Source: Promethearchaeota archaeon
Lineage (GTDB): Archaea; Asgardarchaeota; Lokiarchaeia; Sigyniarchaeales; SOKP01
NCBI GenBank assembly: GCA_019058245.1
Contig: JAHPZJ010000028.1
Location: 128,001 to 192,000 of the forward strand
DNA length: 64,000 bases
Reading direction: 5' to 3'
In this document: positions 59,984 to 64,000 of the stretch, piece after piece
Position numbering within the stretch: the stretch's first letter is position 1
Layout of the letters: each line of letters opens with the position of its first letter
Program-made: the position numbers and the translations under genes
The notes under the pieces: model-generated
What the model saw: only the letters and a program-made list of their open reading frames with translations
Told to the model about the DNA's origin: nothing
Database searches by the model: none

Positions 59984-60454
59984 ATGCCAGATATTAATAA
60001 AGCTCTTCTAGCTCCTTGTGGACTGTATTGTGGTGTATGTGCTATACATATTGCTGATCGAGATAATAATTCGAGATTTAAAGAAATACTTGTAAATGTC
60101 TATAAGCCATTTTCTAAAACTGCAAATGATATCAAATGTAAAGGATGTTTATCAGAAAATCAAGAGGACATTTTTGGATATTGTAAGATTTGTCCAATAC
60201 GGGATTGTGTAAAAAATAAAGGATTTGAGAGTTGCTATCAGTGTAATGATTTCCCTTGTAAATTAATAGATAAGTTTCCCATCCCTGTCGGAAAAAAAGT
60301 TATTCTTCGGGCAATTCCCCGATGGAAAGAACTAGGAACTGAAAAATGGGTCGATGAAGAGGAAAAAAGGTATCATTGCCCCGAATGTGGTAACTCATTA
60401 TTTCGAGGGGCAAAACGTTGTAATATATGTAAAATAGCAGTTGATATAGATTGA
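59984..60454 (+). CDS. DUF3795-like Cys-rich protein with C-terminal zinc ribbon
   Basis: APCGLYCGVC, CKGC, C.IRDC, CYQCNDFPC and CPEC...CNIC. Confidence 0.85.
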   Translation: MPDINKALLAPCGLYCGVCAIHIADRDNNSRFKEILVNVYKPFSKTANDIKCKGCLSENQEDIFGYCKICPIRDCVKNKGFESCYQCNDFPCKLIDKFPIPVGKKVILRAIPRWKELGTEKWVDEEEKRYHCPECGNSLFRGAKRCNICKIAVDID

Positions 60455-60516
60455 TCTATTTATTATTTCTTTATTAATAATAAGAATTTTTATGGTTTTT
60501 TCCTTTATAATTTCCC

Positions 60517-61494
60517 ATGGTTGCTAAGAATATTGATCATATCATAAAGGAGCAATTAAGTTTTACCTTAAAGGAAACAAATTTTTCTAATTTGGGAGAT
60601 TTATATCGAGGAAAAGTTAGAGATAATTATACAAAAGAAGATATCAGAATAATTGTTGCAACTGATCGTTTAAGTGCTTTTGATAGGGTAATAACGACAA
60701 TTCCATTCAAAGGGCAGATGTTAAATCAAATTTCATCCTTTTGGTTTGAAAAAACAAAAGACATTGTAAAAAACCATATTATCGATATTCCAGATCCTAA
60801 TGTTGCTGTGGTTCATCAATGTGAGACTGTTCCAGTTGAGGTCGTTATTAGAGGTTATTTAACTGGAAGTATGTGGCGTGATTATAATAAAGGTCATTCT
60901 ACTTCAGGTATAATGCCTCCGAATGGAATGAAAAAAAATCAGAAATTTGATGATATTATCATAACACCTTCTACAAAAGCAGAATCAGGGCATGATATTT
61001 ACCTCTCAAAGGAAGAAATTATAAAAAGAGGTATGGTTGATAAAAATATTTATGAAGAGATGGAAGTAGCGGCGCTTAAATTATTTGAATTTGGACAAGA
61101 GTTTTGCGAAAAAAATGGGCTTATCTTAGTTGATACAAAGTATGAATTTGGATTAAAAGAAGGTGAATTAATGATTATTGATGAAATTCATACTCAAGAT
61201 TCTTCTCGATTCTGGATTCTCAATTCTTATCAAGAAAGATTTGAAAAAGGACTAAATCCTGAAATATTAGATAAGGAAATTTTTAGAGGATGGCTTATGG
61301 AAACTTATCCTGAGATATTTCCTGATATTAAACCAGATGAAGATATTCCCCCCATCTCTGAAGATATTAAAATAGAATTAGCTAAAAGATATATGCGAAG
61401 CTATAAGAAAATTACTGGAGTAGAGTTTAAAGCAGAAATTTCAGATGTAAAAAATAGGATTTATGAAAATTTAAAGAGAGCCAATTACTTATAG
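60517..61494 (+). CDS. purC: Phosphoribosylaminoimidazole-succinocarboxamide (SAICAR) synthase
   Basis: Motifs YRGKVRD, TDRLSAFD, TPSTK, LVDTKYEFG and DSSRFW. Confidence 0.97.
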   Translation: MVAKNIDHIIKEQLSFTLKETNFSNLGDLYRGKVRDNYTKEDIRIIVATDRLSAFDRVITTIPFKGQMLNQISSFWFEKTKDIVKNHIIDIPDPNVAVVHQCETVPVEVVIRGYLTGSMWRDYNKGHSTSGIMPPNGMKKNQKFDDIIITPSTKAESGHDIYLSKEEIIKRGMVDKNIYEEMEVAALKLFEFGQEFCEKNGLILVDTKYEFGLKEGELMIIDEIHTQDSSRFWILNSYQERFEKGLNPEILDKEIFRGWLMETYPEIFPDIKPDEDIPPISEDIKIELAKRYMRSYKKITGVEFKAEISDVKNRIYENLKRANYL

Positions 61495-61539
61495 GATTTA
61501 AGTAAAATTTAAATAATTACCACAGTATTTTTTCGTAAT

Positions 61540-61743
61540 ATGTTTGATATAATTCTATTATTTCTTGATGCTATTCTATTTGTTCTTTCTTTTTTGTTTG
61601 TTATCCTTGACCTTAAAAGTTATGAAGGAGAAAAAAATGAAGGTTTAAAGGGGAACTTCATTCCTAAATATAGTCGTTTTGCTCTTTTATTTGGTCTTTT
61701 AGCACTAATAGTTGCTGTATTTAATAGTTTATTTTATCTTTGA
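61540..61743 (+). CDS. Small two-TM membrane protein
   Basis: 67 aa with two hydrophobic segments. Confidence 0.55.
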   Translation: MFDIILLFLDAILFVLSFLFVILDLKSYEGEKNEGLKGNFIPKYSRFALLFGLLALIVAVFNSLFYL

Positions 61744-61972
61744 AGGTATAATATTTTAGAAGGATTCTAATTTCCTGAGAATTTTCTATTTGTTAAATAC
61801 ATAGAATTCTGAATCTATGTTCTTTTTTCTCTAAGAAATTTAGGCTTTAATCAGCATTGATTTCATAAATTAATCAGAGGAAAAACTAATTCTTGTCGTT
61901 TTTGTCGATGAATATTATTTTTAAGTTAATAAGAATTAATAAAAATATATATAACTTCTTTTTTTTAACAAT

Positions 61973-62242
61973 ATGGCTCCCCAAGAATTTGAAGTAGAAA
62001 TAACTTTAATGAATAAACCTGCTGCAAAAGATCCTGTTGGTGCGACCATCCAAAAAGATCTTTTAGCTAAAAAAGGTTATGATATGATTTCTAATGTTCG
62101 TTCAGGACAATTTTTAAGAATTCATCTTAAAGCTGAGGATGAAAATGAAGCTAAGGAAATAATAGAAAAAATGTGTAATGACCTTCGAATTTTTAACCCA
62201 GTAACTCAAAACCTAACTATTTTGAAAGTATCAAAATTATGA
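61973..62242 (+). CDS. purS: FGAM synthase subunit PurS
   Basis: DPVGATI, VRSG and MC..L..FNPV; directly upstream of purQ. Confidence 0.93.
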   Translation: MAPQEFEVEITLMNKPAAKDPVGATIQKDLLAKKGYDMISNVRSGQFLRIHLKAEDENEAKEIIEKMCNDLRIFNPVTQNLTILKVSKL

Positions 62243-62949
62243 ATATTAAAATAGCAGTAATCCAATTTCCGGGTGCTAATTGTGATTTAGATGCTATACA
62301 CGTTCTAAATAATGTTATTAATGTTAAAACAGATTTAGTATGGCATAATCACTTCAAAGAAGAGAAATATGATGGAGTAATATTACCCGGTGGATTCGCA
62401 TTTGGAGATTATTTGAGAGCAGGAATTATTGCTGCTCATAGTCCAGCAATTGAAGAAGCAAGAATAATGCTAAAAGATGGAAGACCAGTAGTAGGAATCT
62501 GTAATGGATTTCAAGTTTTAACAGAAGCTCAATTTCTTCCAGGTGCATTATTACAGAACGATTCACTCAAATTTGCTTGTAAATGGGTAAATCTTAAAGT
62601 TGAGAATAATAATACAGCATGTACAAATAAAATGAACTTAGGAGATGTACTTGCAATACCTATAGCTCATGGAGAAGGACGTTATTATACTGATAAGTTG
62701 AAAGAATTAGAGGAAAATAACCAAATTGTATTCAAATATTCTACTGAAGAAGGAGAATTAACGGAAGAAGCAAATCCAAATGGTTCATTAGAAAACATTG
62801 CAGGTGTCTGTAATTTAGAACAAAATTGTGTTGGATTAATGCCCCATCCAGAACGTGCATCGGAAGAAATAATAAGCCCAAAAGGAACAATACATGGACA
62901 AATATTTTTTAAATCTATGATTGAATTTATTAAACGGAGGTTAGCCTAA
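62239..62949 (+). CDS. purQ: FGAM synthase glutaminase subunit PurQ
   Basis: Motifs FPGANC, GGFAFGDYLRAG, GICNGFQ, AHGEG, NPNGS and MPHPER. Confidence 0.98.
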   Translation: MNIKIAVIQFPGANCDLDAIHVLNNVINVKTDLVWHNHFKEEKYDGVILPGGFAFGDYLRAGIIAAHSPAIEEARIMLKDGRPVVGICNGFQVLTEAQFLPGALLQNDSLKFACKWVNLKVENNNTACTNKMNLGDVLAIPIAHGEGRYYTDKLKELEENNQIVFKYSTEEGELTEEANPNGSLENIAGVCNLEQNCVGLMPHPERASEEIISPKGTIHGQIFFKSMIEFIKRRLA

Positions 62950-64000
62950 TGACAAAAGTAGATATTAATGGTGAAAAAGCAGATGTGGAAATGACGATTG
63001 ATGAATATGAAAAAGTTAGGAAACTATTAGCTCGAGAGCCAAATATTACGGAATTGGGGATGTTCGATGTCATGTGGAGCGAACATTGCTCTTATAAATC
63101 GTCACGTCCAAAACTACGAATATTTGAGGACGCTGAGGCAAATTATGATTATGTATTGGCTGGTCCAGGGCAAGATGCTGGAGTTATCGATATTGGGGAT
63201 GGATACGCATTAGCATTTCGAATAGAATCTCATAATCACCCCTCCGCAATTGAGCCATATCATGGTGCGGCTACTGGAATTGGCGGAATCATTCGGGACA
63301 TACTCTGTATGGGCGTTAGACCAATTGCTCTTCTGGATCCTTTAAGATTTGGTACTTTAAAGAATAATCCTCATTCTCAATGGTTATTTAAATATGTAGT
63401 AAAAGGTATTGGGGATTATGGTAATTGTACAGGAATTCCTACTATAGGTGGTGAAGTTGAGTTTGATGAGAGTTTTGAGAGTAATTGTTTAGTTAATGTT
63501 GCGTGTATAGGGTTAGGGACAATCGAAGATTTTAAACATGCTCCAAGTAGAGCATATAATCCAGGTGATTATGTTATTTTAATGGGTGGATCTACAGGTA
63601 GAGATGGCATTCATGGGGTTACATTCGCATCTCGTACTTTAACAGAGATGTCTGAAGAGGATAGACCTGCAGTTCAAATAGGTGATCCCTTTACTAAGAA
63701 ATTGATTATAGAAGCCACATTAGAAGCAATAAAGACAGGATTCGTAAGAGGATTAAAGGATCTTGGTGGCGGGGGCCTAACATGTGCTACAAGTGAATTA
63801 ACGGGGGATGGAGATACGGGAGGAAATATAGATTTAAGAAAGGTTTTTACGAGAGAACCTGGAATGAACTCTTATGAAATAATGCTTTCAGAATCACAGG
63901 AACGAATGGCATTCATTGTTAAACCAGAAGGATTAGAAACTGTTCTTGATGTTTTTAGAAAGTATGAAATGTCTTTTGCTGTTATTGGGAGAACTGATGA
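62949..64000 (+). CDS. purL: FGAM synthase subunit PurL (partial; runs off the window edge)
   Basis: Manual translation from ATG 62949 gives MWSEHCSYKSS, ESHNHPSA.EP..GAATG.GG..RD, TGRDGIHG, VQIGDPF, DLGGGG and MLSESQERM. Confidence 0.97.
   Translation, partial: MTKVDINGEKADVEMTIDEYEKVRKLLAREPNITELGMFDVMWSEHCSYKSSRPKLRIFEDAEANYDYVLAGPGQDAGVIDIGDGYALAFRIESHNHPSAIEPYHGAATGIGGIIRDILCMGVRPIALLDPLRFGTLKNNPHSQWLFKYVVKGIGDYGNCTGIPTIGGEVEFDESFESNCLVNVACIGLGTIEDFKHAPSRAYNPGDYVILMGGSTGRDGIHGVTFASRTLTEMSEEDRPAVQIGDPFTKKLIIEATLEAIKTGFVRGLKDLGGGGLTCATSELTGDGDTGGNIDLRKVFTREPGMNSYEIMLSESQERMAFIVKPEGLETVLDVFRKYEMSFAVIGRTD

Noticed and set aside
1-64000. Selenoprotein (in-frame TGA/SECIS), tRNA, rRNA, CRISPR array, transposase or integrase
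   Set aside because: No gene appeared interrupted by TGA at a Cys-equivalent site, and no cloverleaf, regular repeat-spacer array or recombinase motif was seen by eye.

Overview
AT-rich archaeal chromosomal window. Gene content and protein families point to an Asgard archaeon, most likely Lokiarchaeia (inference from an Arf/Rag-like small GTPase, a Loki-type TFB paralog, paired Hgd-type dehydratase subunits and AGGTG(A) ribosome-binding sites). Contents from left to right: (1) a complete minus-strand A/V-type ATPase operon (K-C-H-F-E-A-B-D-I), followed by a zinc-ribbon membrane protein and a second atpA copy that runs off the left edge; (2) DUF47/PhoU-like and paired VIT1/CCC1-like genes and a 2-hydroxyacyl-CoA dehydratase locus; (3) a stress/ion/storage-carbohydrate region (SPFH protein, Lrp-TFB operon, ArsR, small GTPase, K+-independent H+-PPase, glucan phosphorylase, P3A H+-ATPase, USP, site-2 protease, TreT, fused TPS/TPP, GH13); (4) glmM-glmS; (5) an alkyl-DHAP-synthase/YgcU-like FAD oxidoreductase, CCG Fe-S protein and FGGY kinase operon; (6) an uncharacterised ASCH / GNAT-GNAT-ASCH / ASCH / 2TM protein / DCTPP1-like pyrophosphatase cluster; (7) purC, purS, purQ and partial purL. 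The two most notable observations are the triple-ASCH/GNAT/NTP-pyrophosphatase cluster, a candidate nucleotide-acetylation or conflict system, and six genes (including atpC, atpD, atpE) whose N-termini seem to need near-cognate start codons (ATA/ATC/ATT/ACG). I could not support any rRNA, tRNA, CRISPR array or intact mobile element.
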